In this document: in pieces, positions 56,873-64,000 of the stretch
How positions within the stretch are numbered: the first letter of the stretch is position 1
How the letters are laid out: every line of letters begins with the position of its first letter
Origin: Verrucomicrobiota bacterium
GTDB taxonomy: Bacteria > Verrucomicrobiota > Verrucomicrobiia > Limisphaerales > DSYF01
Length of the DNA stretch: 64,000 nucleotides
Assembly: GCA_025457615.1 (NCBI GenBank)
Contig: JALOTZ010000003.1
Coordinates: 17,614-81,613, forward strand
Direction of reading: 5' to 3'
Translations under genes and position numbers: made by a program
Notes under the pieces: model-generated
Seen by the model: the letters and a program-made list of their open reading frames with translations, nothing else
Told to the model about the DNA's origin: nothing
Database searches by the model: none

Positions 56873-56961
56873 AGTCCGGCAGAGGCACCTGGCCAGGTAC
56901 TGACGAGACCGCAAGCCCTCTCTGGCTTTGCGTTCGACACGACTGGTGGCAGTCTCCAGAC

Positions 56962-57425
56962 ATGGCAGCCGGGAAACGCTGGTCGCGTGACGAGTTACTC
57001 GTCGCGCTGAACCTCTATCACAAACTAACGTTCGGGCAGCTTCACGCCCGCCACCCTGCGATTGTCGCGCTCGCTGAAAAGCTCGGTCGCGGCTCGAACA
57101 GCGTGGCCATGAAACTCTGCAACTTCGCTTCGATTGATCCCGCTTTGAAACTACGAGGCATCAAAGGACTGGAAGGCGCAAGTGCTCTCGACCGCGAAGT
57201 CTGGACCGAGTTTCATGCGAATCTCAGCGAGGCAGTGCCAGTCAGTGAGGAAGCCCTCCGCAAGTTGTTTGGCACTGACGAGAGCAGCGAACTGGAGGTT
57301 CTGCCACGGGAGGGCATCCGTGTACGGAAGCGTCCACCAATCGGGCCGACTGAGACGGCGGCGACAGTGAAGCAGCGGCGTGGGCAGGAGTATTTCCGTG
57401 AGGCGGTGCTGAACAACTTCAGCCA
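56962..57425 (+). pseudogene. HNH_2-type putative restriction endonuclease, N-terminal remnant lacking the nuclease domain
   Basis: RWSRDELLVALNLYHKLTFGQLHARHPAIVALAEKLGRGSNSVAMKLCNFASIDP ... RRGQEYFREAVLNNF matches the N-terminal two thirds of this family (from memory). The expected CxxG ... ASHIxPW HNH block is missing. The open frame continues only as antisense to the channel gene. Confidence 0.55.
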
Positions 57426-57579
57426 CCCAACACGCGTTGCCAGATCGCGCCGATGGCTGCTGCGCCACCCAACGCCCGCACTCGCAGGTCCGCCGACAAT
57501 GCCCGCGGCGACACCGGGGCCGGTGCGGGCCTGGCAACGTCGCTGGTCCGATGCGGTAAGCTGGTCTGGTCACATTCAG

Positions 57580-58440
57580 TCATGGCTCGGGCACATGGGA
57601 CGGTTTGTGGCGCAGGCGTCGTCGTGTACGGGTTGCCTGGTCCTTGAGGGACTCGATTTGCTGTTCGAGCCGGAGCAACTCATCCTCGATCGTGGCCGCG
57701 CCGGTTTCGTTGACATGCGACTGGCGGTCGCGCTCCGCGATTTCGGCGTGCATCTCGGACATGCTGTTCATGATGATGCCGATGAACAGGTTCAGCATGA
57801 TCATCGTGCCGAGCAGGATGAAGCTGATGAAGTAGATCGGCGTCGCCACGGGCGCGCTAGATTGGGCGGCGCGGTAGATGTCACTCCAATTGTCCAGCGT
57901 GATCACCTGGAACAGGGAAAACAGCGCCGCCTTCAGGGAGCCAAAATGACCGGCATCCGCCTCGCGGAACAACTGAACGCCGGCCACGCCGTAGATGTAG
58001 AACATCAGCGCCAGCAGCAGGCCCACATACCCCATCGCGCCCAGGCTCTTGAGCAACGCACCGACCAGGAGTTGGAGCCGGGGCAGCGCCGAAACCAACC
58101 GCAGTAATCGCAGCGCCCGCGCCAAGCGCAGCACGGCCGCAAACTGGGCATTCATCGGCAAGCAACACAGCGCGACGATGGTGAAGTCGAACACGTTCCA
58201 GCCATCGCGGAAATAGTGCCACGGCTGGCGTCCATGCGCGGCCATCTTGAGCGCAAGCTCGACGATAAAGACGGCGAGGATCGCGAGGTCCAATGCCTCC
58301 AGCAACATGCCGTACCGGGCGACGAGGGCAGGACTCGTCTCCAGTCCGGTCAAAACTCCGGCCAGGAGAATGACGGCCAGGATGGTGGTCTCGAACCATC
58401 GGGCGTGGACCAGGGCATTCAGTTTCGTATTCATGAACAA
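57580..58440 (-). CDS. single-domain voltage-gated cation channel (NaChBac/BacNav-like)
   Basis: 286 aa with six TM segments. The S4 segment has Arg at every third position (VLRLARALRLLRLV). The pore is LFQVITLDNWSDIY, and there is a C-terminal coiled coil (IEDELLRLEQQIESLKDQ). Confidence 0.9.
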   Translation of the reverse strand: MFMNTKLNALVHARWFETTILAVILLAGVLTGLETSPALVARYGMLLEALDLAILAVFIVELALKMAAHGRQPWHYFRDGWNVFDFTIVALCCLPMNAQFAAVLRLARALRLLRLVSALPRLQLLVGALLKSLGAMGYVGLLLALMFYIYGVAGVQLFREADAGHFGSLKAALFSLFQVITLDNWSDIYRAAQSSAPVATPIYFISFILLGTMIMLNLFIGIIMNSMSEMHAEIAERDRQSHVNETGAATIEDELLRLEQQIESLKDQATRTRRRLRHKPSHVPEP

Positions 58441-58447
58441 TTACGAC

Positions 58448-58681
58448 TCATCCGAGACTGACTTCCCGCCGGCGCAAGAGGTCGCGTTCCTTGCACGGGT
58501 GCGCCTGCATGCGCAAGAGAACACCGTCGAGAAAGCGCACGGCGGACAGGATGTGCGGACCCTTGCGGACCGCGCGTTTTCGGGGAGGCGGACCAAGGAG
58601 CGGGTCGATGGCCTGGCGGCTGGTCAACGGGGTGACCGGACGCGACTGGGCGCGGCTTGGGATCGAGGTGGAACGTTTCAT
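58448..58681 (-). CDS. hypothetical basic 77-aa protein translationally coupled to the ATPase
   Basis: Its ATG overlaps the ATPase TGA (ATGA at 58678-58681), and its stop lies 7 nt before the channel ATG. Third-position GC is about 80 percent by hand count. No recognised domain. Confidence 0.35.
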   Translation of the reverse strand: MKRSTSIPSRAQSRPVTPLTSRQAIDPLLGPPPRKRAVRKGPHILSAVRFLDGVLLRMQAHPCKERDLLRRREVSLG

Positions 58682-61467
58682 ACGCGGTGTTTCGTTTGGG
58701 CGGAAAGCCATTTGTGAGTCTCGACAACCCCCAACACCACCAAGCCTGCCGCCAGGATGCGCAGCCATTCCTCCCCGCCAATCGGGGCGGTCTGGAAAAT
58801 GGAGTTCAAGAAAGGCAGGTAGGTGATGGCGGCTTGGAGGAGCAGGACACCCGCGATGCCCAACCAGAGCCAGCCGTTGCGGAACAGGCCGATGGAGAGG
58901 ATGGAATGGCGCAGCGAGCGGCAGTTGACCAGATACAGCGCCTGGATCACGGCCACGGTATTGAGCGCGACCGTGCGGGCGGCGTCCACGCCGGCGCCCC
59001 GCCGCAGTTCCCATTGGAACAGGCCGAAGGCGGCGATGAGGATGAGCACACCCGCCAGCACCACCTGTGCGAGCATCCGACCGGTGAGGATCGGCGCCCC
59101 GGGCGCGCGCGGCGGGCGCTGCATGAGGTCCCGCTCTTTGGGTTCGAGCGCGAGAAACAATCCCAGCACGCCGCCGGTGGTCATGTTGATCCAAAGCACC
59201 TGGAGGGGCAGGATGGGCAGCGTCGCGCCCGCCAGCGCCGCCGCCAGGATCACCAAACCCTGGCCGAGGTTGCTCGGCAGCGCCCAGGTGATGATCTTGG
59301 TCAGGTTGTCGAACACGTTCCGGCCTTCCTCCACGGCGGCCTCGATCGAAGCGAAGTTGTCGTCCGTCAGCACCATGTCCGATGCTTCCTTGGCGACCTC
59401 CGTGCCGGTGATGCCCATGGCCACGCCGATGTCGGCCTGTTTGATCGCCGGGCCGTCGTTGACGCCGTCGCCGGTCATGGCCACGACGTGGCCGCGAGCT
59501 TGCAGCGCCTCGACCAGGCGCAGCTTCTGCTCCGGTGTGACGCGGGCGAAGACGGAGACGTTGCCCGCGGCTTCAATCAACTGTTGGTCGGAAAGCGCGG
59601 CCAGCTCCTTGCCCGTCAGCGCCAGGGGGTGGGGCGATGCGGTGGCTTCCTGCACCAGCCCCAGTTGCCGCCCGATCGCCACCGCCGTCCCCGCGTGATC
59701 GCCCGTGATCATCTTGACCTGGATGCCGGCGCGGTGACACGCCGCCACGGCCGCGACCGCTTCCGGCCGCGGCGGATCGATCATCCCCTGCAGGCCGAGC
59801 AAGGTGAACTGGTGCGGCAGGCTGTGGGCGCTGATGCGCTGGGTGTCCACGGGCAGCTCCGCGCGGGCGAAGGCCAGCACGCGCAGGCCGCTGGCAGCAA
59901 GATCGCCGACGTGCTTCTGAATGCGCTCGCGGTCGAGCTTGATCGGTTGCCGGCGTGTGTTGAAGGCGACATTGCACCGATCGAGCACCACTTCCACGGC
60001 GCCTTTCAGATAAACCAGCTTGCGGCCCGTGTTCGAGTCATCGTGCAGCGTGGCCATGAACTGGTGTTGCGACTCGAACGGAATGGCGTCCACCCGTGGC
60101 AGGCGCGTCTTCACCGCATCGCCCTCCAAACCGGCTTTGCGCGCGGCGACAATCAACGCCACCTCGGTCGGGTCGCCTTGGGCCTCCCAGCGGCCTTCCT
60201 TCTGGACCAGCGAGCTGTCGTTGCAGACCAGTCCGGCGAGCAGGCACTCGGACAGGCCGGGCGCATCGCCAAGGTTGAGCCGCTGCCCGTCCAGCGTGAG
60301 GTCGCCGCTCGGCTCGTAGCCATTGCCTCCCACTTCATAGACTTCGTCGCCCACCACGACCTGCCGCACGGTCATCTGGTTTTGCGTGAGCGTGCCGGTC
60401 TTGTCCGTGCAGATCACCGTCGTGCTGCCGAGCGTTTCCACGGCGGGGAGCTTGCGGATGATGGCGCGGCGCCGGGCCATGCGCGAAACGCCGATGGCCA
60501 GCGTCACGGTCACGGCCACGGGCAATCCCTCCGGGATCGCGCCCACCGCCAGCGCGATGGCCGACGAGAGAATCTCGTCCAGGCTCTCGCCGCGCCACAG
60601 GCCCAGGGCCACGACCAGCCCGGCCAGGCCCAGGATCAGCAGCAGCAGCTTGTGTCCGAAGGCCTTGATCTTGCGCGTGAGCGGGGTTTCCAGGCTTTGG
60701 GCCGCCGAGATCATTTCCGAGATGCGCCCGATCTCCGTGTGATCGCCGGTGCCGGTGACGATGCCCCGTCCCTGGCCGTAGGTGACCAGCGTCGAGGCGT
60801 AGGCCATGTTGGCACGGTCGGCGAGCGACGTTTCCGGCGCCAATCGCAAGTCGGCGCTCTTTTCAACCGAGGTGGATTCGCCGGTGAGCGCGGCTTCGGC
60901 GATTTGCAGGTCGCGCGTGGCCACGAGACGCAGGTCAGCGGGCACTTTATCGCCCGAGGCGAGCAGCACGACGTCCCCGGGAGTCAGTTCGGGCGAGGGA
61001 ATCCGCAGGGTCTGGCCACCACGAATGACCGTGGTTTCCATCACGAGGCTCTGCGAAAGCGCCTCGATGGCGCGCTCGGCCTTGGCTTCTTGCAGGTAAC
61101 CGATGACCGCGTTGATCAGCACCACGCTCAGGATGACCGCCGCATCCACGAAGCCCCCCATCGCCAGTTTCACCCCGCCCGCCGCCAGCAGGATGTAGAT
61201 GAGCGGATTGTGGAACTGGAGCAGAAAGCGCATCCAGAAGCTGCGGCCCTGCTTGGGCGTGAGTCGGTTCGGGCCAAAGCGCTCGCGGCGATGTTTCACC
61301 TCGAAGAGGTCAAGACCCGTTTCGAGATTCGTCTCCAGCAATCGCCCCACCTCGCTTGTGGGCAGGTGATGCCAGTGGCGCCCGAGCAAATTCTGCAGGG
61401 GGTCAGACGGTGGTGGTTTCATGACGGTCATGCCTCGCTTCAGTGTCTCGATACTGCCAGCAACCAT
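58678..61467 (-). CDS. cation-transporting P-type ATPase (P2-like)
   Basis: Up to 929 aa, with alternative starts at 61431 and 61422. It has TGES, PEGLP in TM4, the DKTGTLT phosphorylation site, and the MITGD and TGDGVNDGPA motifs. Confidence 0.95.
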   Translation of the reverse strand: MVAGSIETLKRGMTVMKPPPSDPLQNLLGRHWHHLPTSEVGRLLETNLETGLDLFEVKHRRERFGPNRLTPKQGRSFWMRFLLQFHNPLIYILLAAGGVKLAMGGFVDAAVILSVVLINAVIGYLQEAKAERAIEALSQSLVMETTVIRGGQTLRIPSPELTPGDVVLLASGDKVPADLRLVATRDLQIAEAALTGESTSVEKSADLRLAPETSLADRANMAYASTLVTYGQGRGIVTGTGDHTEIGRISEMISAAQSLETPLTRKIKAFGHKLLLLILGLAGLVVALGLWRGESLDEILSSAIALAVGAIPEGLPVAVTVTLAIGVSRMARRRAIIRKLPAVETLGSTTVICTDKTGTLTQNQMTVRQVVVGDEVYEVGGNGYEPSGDLTLDGQRLNLGDAPGLSECLLAGLVCNDSSLVQKEGRWEAQGDPTEVALIVAARKAGLEGDAVKTRLPRVDAIPFESQHQFMATLHDDSNTGRKLVYLKGAVEVVLDRCNVAFNTRRQPIKLDRERIQKHVGDLAASGLRVLAFARAELPVDTQRISAHSLPHQFTLLGLQGMIDPPRPEAVAAVAACHRAGIQVKMITGDHAGTAVAIGRQLGLVQEATASPHPLALTGKELAALSDQQLIEAAGNVSVFARVTPEQKLRLVEALQARGHVVAMTGDGVNDGPAIKQADIGVAMGITGTEVAKEASDMVLTDDNFASIEAAVEEGRNVFDNLTKIITWALPSNLGQGLVILAAALAGATLPILPLQVLWINMTTGGVLGLFLALEPKERDLMQRPPRAPGAPILTGRMLAQVVLAGVLILIAAFGLFQWELRRGAGVDAARTVALNTVAVIQALYLVNCRSLRHSILSIGLFRNGWLWLGIAGVLLLQAAITYLPFLNSIFQTAPIGGEEWLRILAAGLVVLGVVETHKWLSAQTKHRV

Positions 61468-63194
61468 AGGATCACACCTATCAGAAGCAGCAACGCGGCC
61501 CCGGCGACCGGCCAGGCGCGCAGCGTATTCTCAATCCGCGCCAGACGCCCGCCCACAGCCGCCAGGCGGGCCGACCAGCGCAGGCTCTCCGCGGGGGAGG
61601 CGGCATCGTGACCGTTGCCGTGATCTGGGGCAGGCCGGACCGGCGGCCGGAGCGCAACGCGCGTCACGAGTTTCTCGAAGAGGACCCCGAGATCGCCCGC
61701 GGGCAGCCAGCGGGTCAACTCACCAGAGAACCATCGCCGCAGCCACGCGGCCAGGGCCGCCAGCGCGCCCCCCACGAGCAGCGGCCACAGGGCGTCCCAG
61801 AGTCTCTGCGGCGACAGTTTCTTGGGCAGCACTTCCAGGGCGCCGGGCAAGAGCCAGACGCCGGCCAGCATCGCCACCACCAATCCGAGCCAAGGCAGCC
61901 ACAAGCCGCGCGCGGAGGACTCGGTGGCGTGCCCGGGCCGCGGCCAGGTCAACCACAGGTAGCGCGCCATCTTGAGCATCGTGCCCGCGGCAGCCAGCGG
62001 CAGCAGAATGCCCAGGACCGTGGCCCAGCCTGCCGGCAGAAAAGCGATATTGGCCTTGAGTGCGGTCTTGGCCAGCGCACCGCTGGTGAACGGCGCGCCC
62101 GCCAACGCCAGCGCCGGCAGCAGCAGACCCACCCCCACCACGAGGCGCTGCCATCGGGTGTGCGCCGCATGCGCCGGGCCGATGCCCAGAAAGAGCGATC
62201 CCTTCGCCAGTGCGTGATGCGTCGCATAGATCAGCACGGCCGCCTGGATCTCCAGCCACTCCTCAGGCCGCAGCGCACCGATGCCCAGGCCGGTCATGAT
62301 GATGCCCATCTGGCTGATGCTCGAATAGGCCAGCACGGCTTTCGGATTCTTCTGCGCCACGCCGACGAATGTTCCCAGAAAAGCCGCGCCCAGTCCTGCG
62401 CTGATCAGAGTGAAACCGCACACCGGCATCGTCGCTTCGCCCAGCGGTAGAAAGCGAATCCAGCCCAGCAACCCCGCCTTGATCATCGCCCCGCTCAACA
62501 CCGCACTCGCCGGCACGGGCGCGGCTGGATGGGCCAGCGGCAGCCAGAAGTGCAGGCTCAACGCGCCCGCCTTGATGCCAAACCCCGCCAGCAACAGCAG
62601 CAGCGCCGGCAGGCTGAACACGCCGCGATGCAGTTCGGCAATCTGGGTCGTGCCCCCGGCCACGGTGAGGAACACAAATCCAGACAGGATCAACACCTCG
62701 CCCACCATCGCCAGCGCCAGGTAGATTCGACCGGCGCGCGTGGCTTCGGCGTCGCCACGATGAAAGACCAACCCCGCCGAGGCCAGGCCCATCAGGGCGA
62801 ACGCGGTATAGAAGGTTGGAATGTCGCCCGCCAGGATCAGGCCGAAGTTGCCGGTCATCGCCAGCAGGAAGAACAGACGGAAACGGAGGGGATTCGTGTC
62901 CTTGACCAGATAGCCACGCGCATACCAGCCGGATGTCAGGTAAAGGACGCTGGTGAACGCAAGGAACACGCGCCCGACCAGGTCCAATTCCAGAACCGCG
63001 TGTTGGACCGCCCATGGCAGACTCAGCCTCGCGCCGGTTGGACCGGCGAGGGCGAGCACCAGCGCCGGCAGCGCCGCCAGCGGCGTGGCGCGTATCACCG
63101 CGTCGCGCCAAGGCCGGACCGCCAACAGCAGAACGGTCAGCATGGGCGCGGTGACGGCGGCGAACAGCAGCAGCGATGACAGGTTTGGGGTCAA
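61440..63194 (-). CDS. proton-conducting antiporter-like subunit (NuoL/MnhA/MnhD family) with a C-terminal extension
   Basis: It is multi-TM and has the family motif HFWLPLAHPAAPVPASAVLSGAMIKAG. The proposed TTG start at 63194 overlaps the upstream TGA (TTGA). The longest ORF reaches 63329, so the start is uncertain. Confidence 0.75.
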   Translation of the reverse strand: MTPNLSSLLLFAAVTAPMLTVLLLAVRPWRDAVIRATPLAALPALVLALAGPTGARLSLPWAVQHAVLELDLVGRVFLAFTSVLYLTSGWYARGYLVKDTNPLRFRLFFLLAMTGNFGLILAGDIPTFYTAFALMGLASAGLVFHRGDAEATRAGRIYLALAMVGEVLILSGFVFLTVAGGTTQIAELHRGVFSLPALLLLLAGFGIKAGALSLHFWLPLAHPAAPVPASAVLSGAMIKAGLLGWIRFLPLGEATMPVCGFTLISAGLGAAFLGTFVGVAQKNPKAVLAYSSISQMGIIMTGLGIGALRPEEWLEIQAAVLIYATHHALAKGSLFLGIGPAHAAHTRWQRLVVGVGLLLPALALAGAPFTSGALAKTALKANIAFLPAGWATVLGILLPLAAAGTMLKMARYLWLTWPRPGHATESSARGLWLPWLGLVVAMLAGVWLLPGALEVLPKKLSPQRLWDALWPLLVGGALAALAAWLRRWFSGELTRWLPAGDLGVLFEKLVTRVALRPPVRPAPDHGNGHDAASPAESLRWSARLAAVGGRLARIENTLRAWPVAGAALLLLIGVILWLLAVSRH

Positions 63195-64000
63195 GGTCCG
63201 TATTCCCTCGTGGCGATCAGTTTCACCCACGCCAGCGGACTGAACGGGGATTCCGCAAACACGCCCGCCCAAATCACCAGCGCCGCGGTGACCAATGGCG
63301 CGGTGAGCAACATCCAGTGGGTTTCCCACCTGCCGAAATCATGCTCGTGCGGCCACGCCTTCGGGCTCAATAACCAGGCGCGATAAAGGATGGGCAGGAA
63401 ATACGCCGCGTTGAGCAGGCTGCTGACGGCGAGCACCACCGCGACCCATTCGTCGCCCGCGGTGATCGCGCCCTTCTTCAAATACCACTTGCTGATGTAG
63501 CCCGCGAGCGGCGGCACGCCGATCATGCCCAGGGCCGCGACCGTGAAGGCGGCCGTGGTCAGTGGCATGCGTCGGCCCACGCCGTTCATCTCGCTCACGC
63601 GATGCGTGCCGAGCGTCTCGGCATAGTTCCCTGCGCAGAAGAAGAGCGTGATCTTCATGATGCCCTGATGCACGAGATGCACCAGCCCGCCGATGGTGGC
63701 CACCGGCCCCAGGATGGCCGCGCCCAGCACGATGTAAGAAACCTGGCTCACCGTGGAGTAGGCGAGGCGCTTCTTGAGTTCGTCCTGAAAGAGCGCGCGC
63801 ACCGAGCCATGGACGATCGTGACGCCCGCCGCGAGGGCCAGCGGTGGCAGCACGCCCAGCGTGGCGGCCGTCTCCACGCCATACACGTCATACACGATGC
63901 GCACGATGCCGAATGCGCCGGCCTTCACCACGGCCACCGCGTGCAGCAACGCGCTGACCGGCGCGGGGGCGACCATGGCCTTGGGCAGCCAGCCGTGCAG
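63191..64000 (-). CDS. Mrp/NuoN-type antiporter-like subunit (5' end outside window)
   Basis: The frame is open to the window edge (LHGWLPKAMVAPAPVSALLHAVAVVKAG), which is the classic H-x-WLP-x-AM-x-x-P-x-PVSALLHA motif of NuoL/M/N and MnhA/D proteins. Confidence 0.8.
   Translation of the reverse strand: MHGWLPKAMVAPAPVSALLHAVAVVKAGAFGIVRIVYDVYGVETAATLGVLPPLALAAGVTIVHGSVRALFQDELKKRLAYSTVSQVSYIVLGAAILGPVATIGGLVHLVHQGIMKITLFFCAGNYAETLGTHRVSEMNGVGRRMPLTTAAFTVAALGMIGVPPLAGYISKWYLKKGAITAGDEWVAVVLAVSSLLNAAYFLPILYRAWLLSPKAWPHEHDFGRWETHWMLLTAPLVTAALVIWAGVFAESPFSPLAWVKLIATREYGP

Noticed and set aside
57426-58107. Continuation of the HNH-remnant ORF to 381 aa.
   Set aside because: Beyond about nt 57425 the frame has no similarity to HNH proteins, and from 57580 it is antisense to the well-supported channel gene.

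Overview
This is a GC-rich bacterial chromosomal window of about 45 protein-coding genes. No rRNA, tRNA or CRISPR array was found. A PEP-CTERM protein, giant LamG, IPT/TIG and alpha-2-macroglobulin envelope proteins, and several families of short palindromic repeats suggest a Verrucomicrobiota/PVC-type genome. That taxonomic call is an inference from memory, not a search.

Gene content from left to right:
- 1-11.4 kb: a GH94-like phosphorylase with its 5' end outside the window, hom-thrC, an SLC45-like sugar MFS transporter, a decayed beta-phosphoglucomutase pseudogene, and a TIGR03790-like secreted protein.
- 11.5-16 kb: an OmpR-type two-component pair, a PEP-CTERM protein, and a truncated YchF-like DUF933 protein.
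- 16.2-21.8 kb: a complete hoxEFUYH-hoxW bidirectional NiFe-hydrogenase operon.
- 22-28 kb: an hsp20-lon-lolA-like unit, a small membrane protein and a PGM/PMM-family mutase.
- 28-41 kb: a LamG, alpha-2-macroglobulin and IPT/TIG envelope locus.
- 41-48 kb: fur-sufB-sufC, an LptF/G-type permease overlapping a soluble GAF histidine kinase, and exoD.
- 48-57.5 kb: a Type III restriction-modification system (mod-res), tlyC/corC, a PLD-type cardiolipin synthase, tandem repeats and a truncated HNH nuclease.
- 57.6-64 kb: a tightly coupled minus-strand operon of two Mrp/NuoL-like antiporter subunits, a P-type ATPase, a small basic ORF and a NaChBac-like voltage-gated channel.

The most notable observations are:
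- The cation-cycling operon, which has a non-canonical channel selectivity filter and non-canonical ATPase ion-site residues.
- Palindromic repeat elements inserted in frame into the intact mod gene and into the alpha-2-macroglobulin gene, with compensatory base changes between repeat copies.
- A low-GC target-recognition segment inside mod.
- An orphan 75-nt cardiolipin synthase (cls) fragment at the edge of the restriction-modification island.
- A 138-nt element bounded by an 18-bp inverted repeat in a convergent gap.
- An intrinsic terminator between hoxH and hoxW.

All family assignments come from motif recognition by eye. No database was queried.
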